The notes beneath the pieces are model-generated. The model did not search any database and was not told the DNA's origin. It saw only the letters and a program-made list of their open reading frames with translations. Made by a program: the position numbers and the translations under genes. From contig NC_135896.1 in NCBI RefSeq assembly GCF_964194155.1, positions 51,522,001 through 51,586,000 of the forward strand: a stretch of 64,000 nucleotides of DNA, given 5' to 3'. Shown one piece after another: positions 25,576-38,845 of this stretch; position 1 is the stretch's first letter; every line of letters starts with the position of its first letter. The DNA comes from Cetorhinus maximus (taxonomy: Eukaryota).

Positions 25576-26431
25576 AGATAAAAACAAAAAGCTAAAAGCT
25601 ACTGCGGATGCTGGAAATCCAAAACAAAAACAGAATTACCTGGAAAAACTCAGCAGGTCTACTTAGTCTACTGCATTCGTTGCTCCCAATGCGGTCTCCT
25701 CTACATTGGAGAGACCAAACGCAAACTGGGCGACTGCTTTGCAGAACACCTGCGGTCTGTCCGCAAGAAAGACCCAAACCTCCCTGTCGCTTGCCATTTT
25801 AACACTCCACCCTGTTCTCTTGCCCACATGTCTGTCCTTGGCTTGCTGCATTGTTCCAGTGAAGCCCAACGCAAACTGGAAGAACAGCACCTCATCTTCC
25901 GACTAGGCACTTTACAGCCTTCCGGACTGAATATTGAATTCAACAACTTTAGATCTAAAACTCCCCCTCCCCCCATCCCCACCCCGTTTCTCCCCCCTCC
26001 CTTTTTTTCAATAATTTATATAGATTTTTCTTTTCCCACCTATTTCCATTATTTTTAAATCTAAAACTAAAACTTTGTTAGTCTTTCCACCCCACCCCCA
26101 CTAGAGTTGTACCTTGAGTATCCTGCCTTCCATTCTTAATTAGCACTTTTCTTAGACAATATCACCAACTTCAACACCTCTTTGATCCTTTTGTCTGTGA
26201 AATCTTTTGATTATCTGCTCCTATCACTGCTTGCTTATCTCCACAATCATCCCACCCTCAACTTCTCTCTCCCCCGCCCCCCCACCTTAGACCAACTTAT
26301 ATTTCACCTTTCTCCTAACTATACTCAGTTCTGCCAAAGGGCCATGAAGACTCGAAACGTTAACTGATTTCTTCTCCACCGATGCTGCCAGACCTACTGA
26401 GTTTTTCCAGGTAATTCTGTTTTTGTTTTGT
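25576..26431 (+). mobile_element. Penelope-like element fragment (GIY-YIG C-terminus) with inverted pseudo-LTR
   Basis: CSQCGLLYIGETKRKLGD and EAQRKLEEQHLIFRLGTLQPSGLNIEF; inverted terminal segment at 25600-25660; 13-bp TSD ATCAGATGCTCAG (25563 and 26432). Confidence 0.9.
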
Positions 26432-26879
26432 ATCAGATGCTCAGGGCCAATTAAAAATCAATTATGTGCCCTGGTAACTGGTCAGTTGGCTCAAATGGTT
26501 TGTAAAAGAGGGGACTAATTAACTGTTTAGGGTATAAGAAAGGAGGTTGAAACCATGTTCTTTGCAGTGGAGAGAAAACCGATCCAGCAAGAAGGATAAT
26601 CTTTACCCAGGATCCAAGAAGTTGAAGAAGGCTGAACAGGGTGCAGAAGTCTGAAGAGATTACAAGAGTTTAAGAAGTCAGAAAGAGAAGATTACAGGAT
26701 ACATCCAGTCTGGGTTTTTGCATGCTCTGTTGTGCTTAGTCAAAACAGGTAAGTATATCCTGTTAAACTTTAGTTAATTAATGCCTAGTTGACAAAGACA
26801 TATTATGCTTAATAAGTTTTTCTACTTTGCTATAATTTGACAGTCCAGTTGTTAAATTATTTATCACACCTGAATTCCT

Positions 26880-28950
26880 TAATAGGAAACAGGGTCAGGA
26901 TAAACAGGTCATTTTCATGTTGGTAAACTAGCTTAACTAGTGGAGTGCCATAGGGATCTATGCTGGTAAAACAGTCTCAACTGTTTACAATCTATATTAA
27001 TGGCTTGGATGAAGGGAGTGACTGTGTTGTAGCCAATTTTGCTGATGATACAAAGATAGGTCAGAAAGCAAGTAATGAGGTGGATACAAAGAGTCTGAAA
27101 TGGATATAGATAGGTTAATTGGGCAGGCAAATATTTTGCAGGTGGAGCATAATCTTGGAAGTTGAGGTTATCTACTGTGATAGAAAGAATAGAAAAGCAG
27201 AATATTATTTCAATAGAGAGACTGCAGAATGCTGTGGTATAGTGAGATCTAGGTGTCTTTGTACATGAATTGTGAAAAGTTAGCATGCAGATTCAGCAAG
27301 TAGTTAAGAAGTTTCATGTTCCAGTATATTATGAGCTTTTAATTTAATACTTCAAAATTTTGAACAGACATAGACTATTAAAATGGCCACTATAAATCAT
27401 GTGACCTTTGGCATTTTGAACTCCAGACAGTCCTGTGTATCAAATACCTAATTAAATGTGGACATTCATAGCCATCTGGGGAATTCACACATTCCTTTGT
27501 TTAAAGATGGACCATCAACAGAAGAACTATGACACTCTAGCTGGTCTGTCTTTCTGTTTGTGGACAAAAGAAGCATAGAAACTCAATGTTCTAGATGAAT
27601 GTGAATGGATCCCATTGTATTATAATGGTCCTTCATCCAAACTAGACTGGGTGAATTTCAAGGTGCCAAACAACAACACATGATGTATAATCAACACACA
27701 CCCCCTTTTTTTTTTAAGGAAAAACGTCTTTGAACTTGTACAATTCTCATGGTGAATAAAACATTTGTTGTCTGCTTTTAAAATAACAGCAAGAAACTAT
27801 TCTGCAGGCAGAGTTCCAGCAGCAAGTCATCTCAGCAGTCAAGGTGATAAACAGCAATATCTTGAAAGTGGGAGAAGGATTCCCCCCAATCTGTTCCAAC
27901 TCCAAGTTCACTTGCGAACCAACCTTCTGGAAATTCAACTACAAGAAGCCTTCAGCTTGCTAAGAATCCTCTGCTTACAAGGCCTTCACTTAAGATAGAA
28001 TATCAACTCATCTAAGAAACCACAGGCCTGCCATGAAAGAGACTAAGGCACTCATAAATTTGTAATTTTAAAAACTTTTACCTGTATCTAACCTGAGTGT
28101 GTTTGAGTTGAGTGAGTGAGATGTTGTGTTTTAAACATCCAGGGCAAGTGTGTGATGGCAAATAACTTTTAAAAAAAAAACACTCCAAAAAGCTTTTTGT
28201 TGCTGGAATTATTTAAATTGGGACAATCACTGTATGTAAGAAATGCACACCTTTTGCATACAAACATATATTAATCACAGGCAATAGAAAGGAACACACA
28301 AAGTCTTTCCATGACAGAAGGAAATGGAGTGTTGGCCTTTATTTCAAGGGGGATGGAGTATAAAAATAGGGAAGTCTTGCTGCAACTGTACACTGGTGAG
28401 ACTGCACCTAGAGTACTTTGTACAGTTTGGTCTCCTTCCTTAGGGGGGGAGAGAAACTTGCATTAAAAGTTCAGACAAGGTTCACCAGGCTATTTCCTGG
28501 ATGAAGGGGTTGTCTTATGATAGATTGTGTAGCTTGAGCCTATACTCGTTTAGAAGGAAGTGAGGTGATCTTATTGAAATATAAGATTCTGAGGGGGCTT
28601 GACAGGGTAGATGCTGAGAGGATGTTTCCCCTCATGGGGGAATCTAGAACTAGGGGGCACAGTATAAAAATAATAGGTCTCCTATTTAAGACTGAAGTGA
28701 AGAGGAATTTCCTTGCTGAGGGTTGTTAGTCTTTGGAATTCTCTTCCCCAGAGTGTAGTGGAGGCTGGGCTATTGGATATATTCAGGGCTGAGGTAGACA
28801 GATTTTTGATCTACAAGGGAGTCGAGGGTTATGGTGAGCAGAGAGGAAAGCGGAGTGAAGGCCACAATCAGATCAGCCATGATCTTATTAAATGGCAGAG
28901 CAGGCTCGAGGGGACAAATGGCCTACTCATACTCCTATTTATTATGATCA
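26880..28950 (+). mobile_element. CR1 RT fragment interrupted by a solo LTR
   Basis: FADDTK motif near 27040; resumes at 28317 and runs to a CR1 3' tail. Confidence 0.85.
27312..28316. mobile_element. Solo LTR (Gypsy-like, about 1.0 kb)
   Basis: Termini T(t/g)TCATG...CATGACA; 4-bp TSD GAAG (27308-11 and 28317-20); interrupts CR1 cleanly. Confidence 0.75.
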
Positions 28951-29345
28951 GGGATAGATACTTGGGGGGCACCAGGGGTAATGCTAAAGGAGCAGGAAGA
29001 GAAACCATTGCAGGTGATATTCTGGCTAACATAAGATGGCTACAGATGAAACCAGGCAAGTGCAGTACCACCCATCTGGATAATGGAGTGTTGTTGGAGG
29101 ATGATAGTGGGTTCAATCATGTGGAAGGTTGCAGAGAGGTCAAAAAGGAATAGTTTGTCTTTGTCACATAAGATGTCATTTGTGACATTGATAGGAGTGT
29201 TTGGGTACTGTGGTGGAGAGGATGGTGGTCAGAAAGCTAGTTGGTGGGATTCATGCATGGAGTTTTGGGAAAGAGGTATGGATTTCAGAGATGACAACAA
29301 GGGCTTTGGAAAGCAAAATGAGGTTGGAGTTGAGGCAGTACAACC
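28950..29345 (-). mobile_element. L2 fragment
   Basis: Similar to the L2 copy at 54010-55145. Confidence 0.6.
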
Positions 29346-29648
29346 GTGCTATTTGCTGTTGAAGTGGAGGTGTGCTAGCCTGTCCCATTGCCCTTAGGAA
29401 AGGCTGGAAGCTGGAATGAGGAAGGTCCCAGGATCTCTCCGGAGGGATCAACCTGGATGGCCTGAGTGGCTTTCCTCATTCCTGTTCTTGTTTGTCCTTT
29501 TTGAAGGTGAAGATGCCCAAGTTCAGCGTCTGGTGTGTTTGGTACGCTTGGTGGATCTGTGCCCGGAAGGTTCTGCAGCAAATAGGACAGGATTCTACTG
29601 ATAATTGAATTGTTAGCTTGGGATTTCTCATTCCTAATTATCCATGTA

Positions 29649-29946
29649 GGGGAGGTCTTGTGGTAGCATCCCTGCCTCTCAGCCAGAAGCTCAGGGTTTA
29701 AGTCTCACTCCAAGACATGAGGCAGATGCGTTCCTAACATGGTCAAACAGGTTGAGTATCACCTTGTAAATCCTTCCAATATGCCAGTGGCAGGCGGTAA
29801 GGAGAGAAATTCCAGCCCACCTGCAGAAGGCAACGCCAAACCATTCCAGTACCTTGCCAAGCATAACCATGGACCAACACATGGAAGTCCATGGTCGCCA
29901 ACCTCCTCTTAGGGCATGGAACTTTAGGAGAGAGAGAGAGAGAGAT
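29649..29946 (+). mobile_element. tRNA-derived SINE with RTE-like body and (GA)n tail, abutting the TOMM20L promoter
   Basis: tRNA-like head (tggtagcatccctgcctctcagccagaagctcagggtttaagtc); gaaggcaacgccaaaccattccagtaccttgcc resembles RTE-related SINE bodies; ends in (GA)n. Confidence 0.6.
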
Positions 29947-29959
29947 AGAATTATCCTGT

Positions 29960-30116
29960 GAGCCCGCCGATTGTTCCAGTCAGAAAGATGGCGTCGCCCG
30001 CCCGGGCTCTCGAACCACCGCACTTGTTGCCAGTATGTGTTAGCGGAAGCTGGGGATGAGGGTACAGGGTTCCACTTCCGGGTCGGGTTGCGGACAGGAG
30101 CTGACAGTGGGCAAGA
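29960..30116 (+). promoter_or_regulatory. CpG-rich promoter / 5'UTR of the TOM20-family gene
   Basis: YY1 motif AAGATGGCG at 29985-29993; ETS/GABP motifs GCGGAAG at about 30043 and ACTTCCGG at 30074-30081. Confidence 0.7.
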
Positions 30117-30243
30117 ATGCTGCTGATCGGTAAGACAGGGGCCATCGTGGCCGGCGTCTTTGGAGCAGCCTTCATCGGTTATTGTATATATTTTGACAGA
30201 AAAAGAAGAAGCGCCCCCGATTTCAGAGCAAAGTTGCGCGAAA
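30117..30243 (+). CDS. TOMM20L: TOM20-family mitochondrial import receptor (TOMM20L by synteny), exon 1
   Basis: MLLIGKTGAIVAGVFGAAFIGYCIYFDRKRRSAPDFRAKLRE; donor A|gtaagt. Confidence 0.93.
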
Positions 30244-31053
30244 GTAAGTGTTGCCCTCGGGCCTCGCTCGCCGTCTCCCCAGTTACCAACGACAAATGGA
30301 TGTTTGTATAACTGCAGGTGGTTGTGTCCTGTTAACCAACACTCAACAACATTGCATTTAGCATGGAGGCTGCTGAGACATGCTCAGTTACAGGAATAAA
30401 TGTAATTTATTTAGAATAACAGACAGCCCGCGGGGGGCCCCGGCATCGTTCCCTCAATTGATTTTTCCAGCGTGGATGAACTTGCTAAATTACAGGAGAG
30501 TGCAGCTGCTCTAAAGAACGTGGGTCAGAACTGGAATAAAAGCACCTTCCTTGCAGCACAATCTGCTTTATAACGTGAGTTTCGGCTGGTTCTAAAATTA
30601 TGATTGTCTTAAGTATTTCTTCACAGATGCTGCCTGACCTGCTGAATATTTCCAGCATTTTCTGTGTTTATTTCAGATTTCCAGTATCTGCAGTAATTTG
30701 CTCAATTTGGTAATTAAACCATCAGATAGTTAAATGAGAGTGCCTCATTGGTTAACCATAGTGAACACATGGTTACAAGACTAAGGTAAAGAGAAACACA
30801 TTCAACAGGATGATTTTGTAAACTGGCCTTTGTTTTAGACGTACCTTTAGTTTTTAAAGGTTGATTTGTGATCAACTTTAATATAGTAGTATTAAGTTGA
30901 AGATTGAATCATAGCATAACTACTCTTATTATTTCTCAGAATGATCTGTACACATGAAGATGCCAGTGGAGCGGCTCTTTAAGTTAAGGAAAGCATATCT
31001 TGATAATATTTGTGTTGTATATTCGAAGTTCAACACTTAACATTTGACTTATT

Positions 31054-31146
31054 TATACTGGGACCCTGCTATAACGTGGTTTAGGGGGTCCATATCTCTA
31101 GACTGCATTTATAGATGAGACTGTTTTATAATGGAGCCCCAGTGTA
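31054..31146. mobile_element. Small TcMar/Tigger-like MITE (second partial copy at about 31495-31557)
   Basis: Imperfect TIRs tatactgggaccctgctataa / ttataatggagccccagtgta with TA ends. Confidence 0.5.
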
Positions 31147-33257
31147 TTTTGTGAGAACCACATCTGGTTGGGTATAAATTTTATTGGGGTATTTTTGTTT
31201 CCTACATCAATTAACATTTCCTCCTAGGCTAGGAAGATGTGTATGCATTGGGCCCCTCCAAGCAGTGTCTTTTGCTGGTGCCTAATACTCAGGCTTACGC
31301 ATACATACGCTATCCAGCAGGAGTCACTGGATAGCCAGCAGCAGTACTAGTAAGTTTGTCTCTTTGCTAAAACAGTGGTGTTGAGGTCAACTGAAATTCC
31401 TTTGCTGCCTCAGCAGAGTTTAGTTACTTATCTGGAAGCCTTCCTGACTTGTGTGCTCTAATACCAGACTGGACAAATACTATTTAAATGAAAACTTTGG
31501 GGTCCAAGAGGGGACCCAGTTTATACTGAGTTCCACACTATAGCAGACCACAGTGTATTTTTTATAAATAAAACTAAAATTCCCTTTCTGTCCCACTTTC
31601 CATTTTTAAGCTCCACTCTCTTCCCTCATGCTGTGTGGTGTTCTCCAGTTGAGAAGGTTAAGGTGAGAAAGTTGTTTTCCTTCTAAGATTCCTTTGATAC
31701 AAACTTTTGATTCTTTGATTAGACAGAGTAATTTGCCAACTTCTGTTTTCTCCCTGCTTTTTTTCTGGTTCCCATCTTTTCCTTTTCCTTGTTTTCTCAA
31801 GGTTGACAATTAATGGATGAGAGAGTGCAAACTACTACAATGCACAGTAACTTAAAATATAACTATTATATCAATGTTGAAGTTTTAATAGAAGACAATT
31901 GTTGTAATTTTGATAAATTTTAATTAACTATTATTGCTCAGCTGCAGAATTCAGTTAGAAGCTATCAAGCCCACAATATAAACTGTAAAGTGAGAATTGG
32001 TGGCATGCTGGTAACCTTTTTTGATTATCTCTAGAGTAAATCACCTATGTTTTGTAGCAGTACTGAAGTTTTATTATCACAACAGACTTTTCCTTTAGCA
32101 TGACAGAGCCATTGTTATAGTGGATTCTTGTCAGTTCAAGGGTAGGAGGGGCACTAAAATAAGTTTAATTTGATTTCACTCAATAGTTCAGCGGAAGTTG
32201 CATGAATTTATCTCTCAATTTGAGACCTGGGATTTGTTAATGGAAAGAAAGAGTAGTGTTATGTACACTTTATACGTATACTACTTTTAGATCTACATTT
32301 TAATGTGTAATGCTGCATGTACCCATGAGTTCTATGTAAGTGATTATTTTTTAAAAAGTCAGTCACCAGTAAACTTTTTAAAACTAAATTACATGTCCGA
32401 ACAATAGTAAAAGTAAATTGGTGATCTGGAATTTATAATTACCAAAGACTACAAAGCATTATGTGTGGCTTTGACATATTCCATTTTTTCCCCTCGAGAT
32501 TTATTTGCCATGCAACTTTTCACTTGGCTGAATGTTGGATGAATGCTTATCTAATTGAAGTAAACATATACTGTTTCAGCTCTGATTACAATGTGAAATG
32601 AAACTTTGTAGTCTTGAACTGGCATCAAAATAATCTGTTTGTTTAAGGGCAAAATGTATATAATTTAATCATTAGAACCATAATGAAACATTGTGCTTTT
32701 AGATAACCACATAGTTAAATTTTAATGAACATTTGAACCAAAACTCCGGGACGTTTTGAATAACTATCGAGGTCAAAAACCACCATTTTCTTTCTGATTA
32801 TTAAAATACAAGTTTGTTCAGATAAGAAATATCTTTCTTTAGTAGATAAGAATAAGATAAATTGAATATTGCCTTGCTGGCTATGCTACAGTTGTTCCTT
32901 GGCCAGAGTTTTATAATGATGTAAAGGAAGATCACAAGGTTCAAACTGTATTACAGGAGGAAAGAATAGGTTTGATCTTACTTCATGTGCTTCAAAATAT
33001 ATAAAATGAATTAGTGATGCTGTAATTGGCAAGTATAATTGTTCACTAATGTAAATGATCACAGTTGATTTATTTTACAATTCCAGTGAATGAATATAAA
33101 CATATACAAAACTTATATTCCCAGCTCTCCAGTGGCTTAATAAGGAAGTTCCTTTAACTTCGTCTGTGTTCTACTTCGAAGTTCAGAAATTGGATTTCAT
33201 TTTGCATTCTATATTTCCATGATTTTAAATGGCTATTCTGATTCTCAAAATTTACAG

Positions 33258-33307
33258 GAAGAAGAAAACAGAAGAAACAAGATAAAGAAAACGGTTGTAT
33301 TGGCAAG
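33258..33307 (+). CDS. TOMM20L: TOMM20L exon 2 (50 nt)
   Basis: tttacag|GAAGA...CAAG|gtaag; RRRKQKKQDKENGCIGK; phase 1-0. Confidence 0.9.
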
Positions 33308-34429
33308 GTAAGATTAACTACTCATAGTGATGTGCAGCATTATACTCTGTAAATTTTTGGGAATTGAGCGAGCAGCAGGTATTTGGACCAGGAACTTTTC
33401 CAGGTTCAATCCTTAGTGTCTGCAGAATTATCTGATATCCTCTAAAGGCAGTAAGAACTTGCTGAAATTAGAATCAGTGTCTTTGATTATAAAGTAGGTA
33501 GAGGGTGGGCACAAGGAGAATCAATCACAGTTTTTGCTTCTCATTGTTATCCAATGATACCTGTTGTCAAGTATGTGGGTGGAGGAAAGCTTGGTGTACA
33601 CTGTGGTGCAGTTTATATTTTAATAGCAGCTGACACTCGTTGTCTACATTGATACATGAAGAATGATCAACTGCTTGAAGTATTAGAGAACTGTGTATAA
33701 ATCTAACATGCCTCAGGAACAAATGGAAGAAAACTGGGTGGAAAAAATATTTAAGAAATATTGTAATGGCATATTATATGGCAGCAGTTGCCAAGCCAAA
33801 CAAAATGTTGGAGTGTACATATCCCAGGATGTCCATTTTATTGCTATATTTAGTTATTCAAAAAGGAAAATTTAGTTCTGGATCTTAGATTTATGGACTA
33901 AGAAATTTGACTGGAGTGAAATCTGCTCTGATTGGAATTAAACAGAAAAAGGGAAACGTGTCCAAGTTTTTAAAATTATTATCCTTAATAAAATTAGCAA
34001 TGATTTTATGTTCAGAAGTTAGCTTTTTTTTGCTTCGAATTAATCAATCGTAAAACAAATTGACTGATTCCTGATTCAGTAGTGAATAGGATTGGCTCAT
34101 TGCCAGTGTGGAGAGAATGATCCCCTATATGTGAACCTAAGTGACAGGGAGCTGAGATACACTAAATTACAATTTCTCATCCTTTTACTCTTTCTTCTTA
34201 ATAAAATATAAGACACTGTAAAACCCCAACAACTTACTTGCGGTAACTGCACTGTACTTCGAAGAGAATATAAACAATGAGCACTACCATGTTTTATAAA
34301 ACGGTTACAGCAGTTTTAACTACGTGACTTTGGTTTGGACAGGACTAAAGACTTAATGGTGTGGATTTTATGGTCAGTGGTGAAGCAAGGATGCTTGCCA
34401 CTGACCACTGCCACTGGTAGAATTTAGCA

Positions 34430-37225
34430 TTCAGTTTGGAGATTGAGAAACTTGGGTCGGAAACAACTGTGCCAAACTTAAGGGTAATTACAATGGAATG
34501 AGGGCAGAGTTGGCTGGATTGGACTGGGGAAGGAGTTTAGCAGAAAAGATGGTTGATGAACAATGGCAGACGTTTAAGAAAATAGTTCATGACTCTCAAC
34601 AAAGCTATATCCCAGTGAGGAAGGAGGATTCAAGGAAGGAAATAAACTAATCATGTTCTGGTCGCCTAACTACAGGAAGGATATCAGTAAGATTGAGAGA
34701 GTGCAGAGAAGATTTACTAGGATGTTGCCGGGTCTTAAGGAGTTGAGTTACAGGGAAAGATTAAACAGGTTAGGACTTTATTCCTTGGAGCGTAGAAGAA
34801 TGAGGGGAGATTTGATAGAAGTTTACAAAATTATGAGGGGTATAGACAGAGTAAATGCGAGTAGGCTCTTTCCACTTAGATTAGGAGAGATAAACACGAG
34901 AGGACATGGCTTTAGGGTGAAAGGGGAAAGGTTTAGGGGGAACTTCTTCACTCAGAGAGTGGTGAGAGTGTGGAACGAGCTCCCATCTGACGTGGTAAAT
35001 GTGGGCTCACTCTTAAGTTTTAAGAATAAATTGGATAGCTACGTGGATGGGGGAGGTCTGGAGGGTTATGGACTAGGTGCAGGTCAATGGGACTAGTGGA
35101 ATAATATTTCGGCACAGACTAGAAGGGCCGAATGGCCTGTTTTCTGTGCTGCAGTGTTCTATGGTTCTATGGTTAACCAAGGAAGTTAAGGACAGTATCA
35201 AATTGAAAGAAAAAAAACATACAATGTGGTAATGATTAGTGGTAAGCCAGAGGATTGGGAAAGTTTTAAAAACCAACAAAAGATGACCAGAAAAAAAAGG
35301 GAGAAAATAAACTTTGAGGGTAAACTAGCAAGTAATATAAAAATGGACCGTAAGAGCTTCTTTAAATATATATAAAAAGGAAGCGAGGCCAAAGTGAACA
35401 TAGGCACCTTAGAGAATGAGGCTGGAGAAATAATAATGGGGAACCAGGAAATGGCGGAGGAGTTGAATAAATACTTTGCATCAGTCTTCACAATAGAAGA
35501 TACTAATAGCATTCCAAAAATACTAAACAATCAAGGGGCAAAAGTGGGGGAGGGAGAGGAAATAAATACAATAACTATCACTAGAGAAAGAGTACTAGGG
35601 AAACTAATGGGGCTAAAGGCCAATAAGTCCCCTGGACCTGATGGGTTGCAGGCCAATAAGTCCTCTGGACCTGATGGGTTGCATCTTAGGATATTAAAGG
35701 AAATAGCTACAGAGATGGTGGATGCACTGGTAGTAATCTTCTAAGAATCCTTAGATTCTGGAAAAGTCCCAGAGGATTGGAAAACTGCCAATGTAATACC
35801 TTTATTCAAAAAGGGAGGGGGACAAAAAACAGGTAACTGTAGGCCAGTTAGCTTAACATCTGTCATTGGGAAAATGTTGGAGTCTATTATAAAGGATGTA
35901 ATAGCAGAGCATTAAGAAATGCATAATCTAACCAAGCAGAGTCAGCATGGCTTTATGAATGGGAAATCATGCCTGACAAATTGATCAGAATTCTTTGAGG
36001 AGGTAACAAGCAGGATAGATAAAGGGGAACCAGTAAATGTAATATATTTGGATTTCCAAAAGGCGTTCGATAAGGTACCGCACATAAAGCTACTTAAAAA
36101 GATAAGAGCCCATGGTGATGGGGGTAGTATATTAGCATGGATAGAGGATTGGCTAACTAATAGAAGACAGAGTTGGGTTAAGGGGGGCATTTTCGAGATG
36201 GCAACCTGTAACTAGTGGAGTGTTACAGGGAGCAGTGCTGGGGCCTCAATTATTTACAATATATATTAATGACTTGGATGAGGGAAGTGAATGTTCTATC
36301 GCCAAGTTTGCGGATGACACAAAAATAGGTGGGAAGGCAAGTGGTGAGGTTGACACAAGGAGTCCACAGAGGGATATAGACAGGTTATGTGAGTGGGCAA
36401 AAACTTGGCAGATGAGATATAAATGTTGGAAAGTGTGAGGGTTATGCACTTTGGCAGGATGTATAGAGGAGCTGAATATTATTTAAATGGGAGAAAGGCT
36501 GCAGCACAGAGGGATTTGGGAGTCCTTGTGCATGAATCCCAAAAAGCTAACCAACAAGTTCAACAGGTAATAGGGAAGGCAACGGGAATGTTGGCCTTTA
36601 TTTCAAAGGGAATGGAGTATAAAAATAGGGAAGTCTTGCTAAAACTATACAAGGCACTAGTTGGACCACAGCTAGAATACTGTGAATAATTTTGTTTCCC
36701 TTATCTAAGCAAAGATATACTGGCATTGGAGGCAGCCCAGAAAGGTTCACGAGGTTGATCCCGGGTATGGAGGGATTTTCCTTTGAGGACAGATTAAGTA
36801 GGTTGGGCCTGTACCCACTGGAGTTTCGAAGAATGAGAGGCGATCTTATTGAAACATATAAGATTCTTAGGGGGTTTGACAGGGTAGATGCTGAGAGGTT
36901 GTTTCCCTTTGTGGGAGAGTCTAGGACCAGAGAGCATAATCTGAGTAAGGGGGTGCCCATTTAAAACAGGATGAGGAGGAATTTCTTCTCCTAAGGGTAG
37001 TCAACCTGTGGAATTCTTTACCGCAGAGGGCTGTAGAGGCTGGGTCATTAAGTATATTCAAGGCTGAGATAGATTTTTAATCAATAAGGGAATCAAGGGT
37101 TATGGGGAAAAGGCAGGAAAGTGGAGTTGAGGATTATCAGATCAGCCATGATCTCATTGAATGGTGGAGCAGATTTGATGGGCTGAATGGCCTACATCTG
37201 CTCCTATGCTTTATGGTCTTATGGA
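34430..37225 (+). mobile_element. CR1 LINE ORF2 (decayed) with a nested younger CR1 3' fragment
   Basis: KSPGPDGL, YLDFQKAFDKVPH, QGAVLGP and FADDTK motifs; CR1 tail at about 37200. Confidence 0.92.
34655..35170 (+). mobile_element. Younger CR1 3' fragment nested in the older CR1
   Basis: Uninterrupted 147-aa ORF and (ctatggtt)n tail. The host reads aactaatcat|ggttaaccaagg across it. Confidence 0.85.
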
Positions 37226-38845
37226 CCTTGAAGAAAGCTGCCCACAGAAATCTAATGATTTCTATGGTTTGCTTTTCCTCTTTCCTGGCAGCTGTTTAAA
37301 TTTGGCACCAAGTCAAGGGGAGGTCTTGGCATGCTGGAGTAGTGATGTCCGCAAACAGAGAGGGAGTAAATCACAAAAGTTAACCAGGAAATTAAAAGCA
37401 GTTAAATTCCTACCTACATTTTTAATGTAAAATTTTACCTAGTGAAAGAAATGAGCATCATTGGATTAAGAAAGAAACTAAAATAAGAAAAAACTTTTAA
37501 AAAAAAAGAAAAACACTAGTTTTTAAAAAAAAACTAAGGTAGATTTTTTCATCAGTATGGAGAAATTAGACATTCCACAAATATAAAATTAGCTTTTCAG
37601 GGCCACACTGAGTGTTTAGTAGTAATTATGAAGTTGGTATGCCATTAAAATCCCAGTTACACCTCATTCAAAAGGTGTAACTTTTTCAAGGGTTTTTACA
37701 GCAAAGCTAACAGCATAAGGGTGGAAGTTCGCATTAACTTTTTTTGAATTCCATAATTTCGTGGGGATGTGGGGGTGGAAACATGGGGGGAGAAACATAG
37801 AATTACTGACAACAACTTCTGGATTTCTGTGTTAATCTGTGCATTTGTGGACTCAGAAATTGTTGTCAGTTTCAGTGGAGTAATGATAAACACTAAAAGT
37901 TTTGCTGTCATTACTACACCAAAATCCAGGCCAATATTCCTTGTTCTAACATTTTCAACAGAGATAGAGAGTTGGTAATATTAAGGAAGCATTCTACCAG
38001 AAGACTAGAATTTAGTGAGTTTCTGGCCAATGTGTTGAGACAAAATCAATGTGCATAGAGCTGAGAACAAGAAGGGTGCTAGTACAATCATCACACATTA
38101 CAGGGCACAAAATTTTGAAGATAACAGGAGAAATTTATGGACGGTTCCGAGAGATGTGCAATAATATTGGGTAACTTTGCTTTCTAGATCAGTTTTTTTA
38201 AACCAACAATGAAGGAAGCATTGATTGGTTTTGTTCTGGAAAATTAACTGAGGCAAAAAACTTGATATTACAGTAGGAGAACAATTGTGAAACTGCGACA
38301 ACAAAATTATTAGGTTCAATATAAGAATAGGAAAGTATAATGAAAAGCCAGAAATAAAATGTTGAAGTGGGAAAAGCCAAAGCTCAGTGCATTAAGAACC
38401 TTGATCCAAATTAATTGGGTAAAAAAGTTAGCAAAAGGACAACCAATCAGTAGTAGGAAATCTTCAAATATGAGATGGATAGAGCGGAAGACAATTTTTT
38501 GCCTTTTAGAATACATCAAAAAGATGCATACATCAAAAAGATGAGTTCTGTGAAGATGTAGAGAGGTTAAAACCAAACCACAAAGGGAAGTGTATAATAA
38601 AATTAGGACTAACAGTGCCAAAGAAAATCACGAGGAATGTATTGTCATGGTGAATGGCAAGATTTGAATGCTTAAAAGGGAATTAAAAAGGGCTAGCAGG
38701 TAATATAAAATGAAATAGTAAGGACTTTTAAAAGCATATTAATAGCAAAAGAATGGCTAAAATGAATCCAGTTGCTTATGGATTAAGGGGAAAATTGAAT
38801 CTGGATGAAAGCATGAGGTAGACATTAAATGAATATTTTGAATAA

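Noticed and set aside
34653-35096. 147-aa ORF as a domesticated gene
   Set aside because: It is only the ORF2 C-terminus of a young 5'-truncated CR1.
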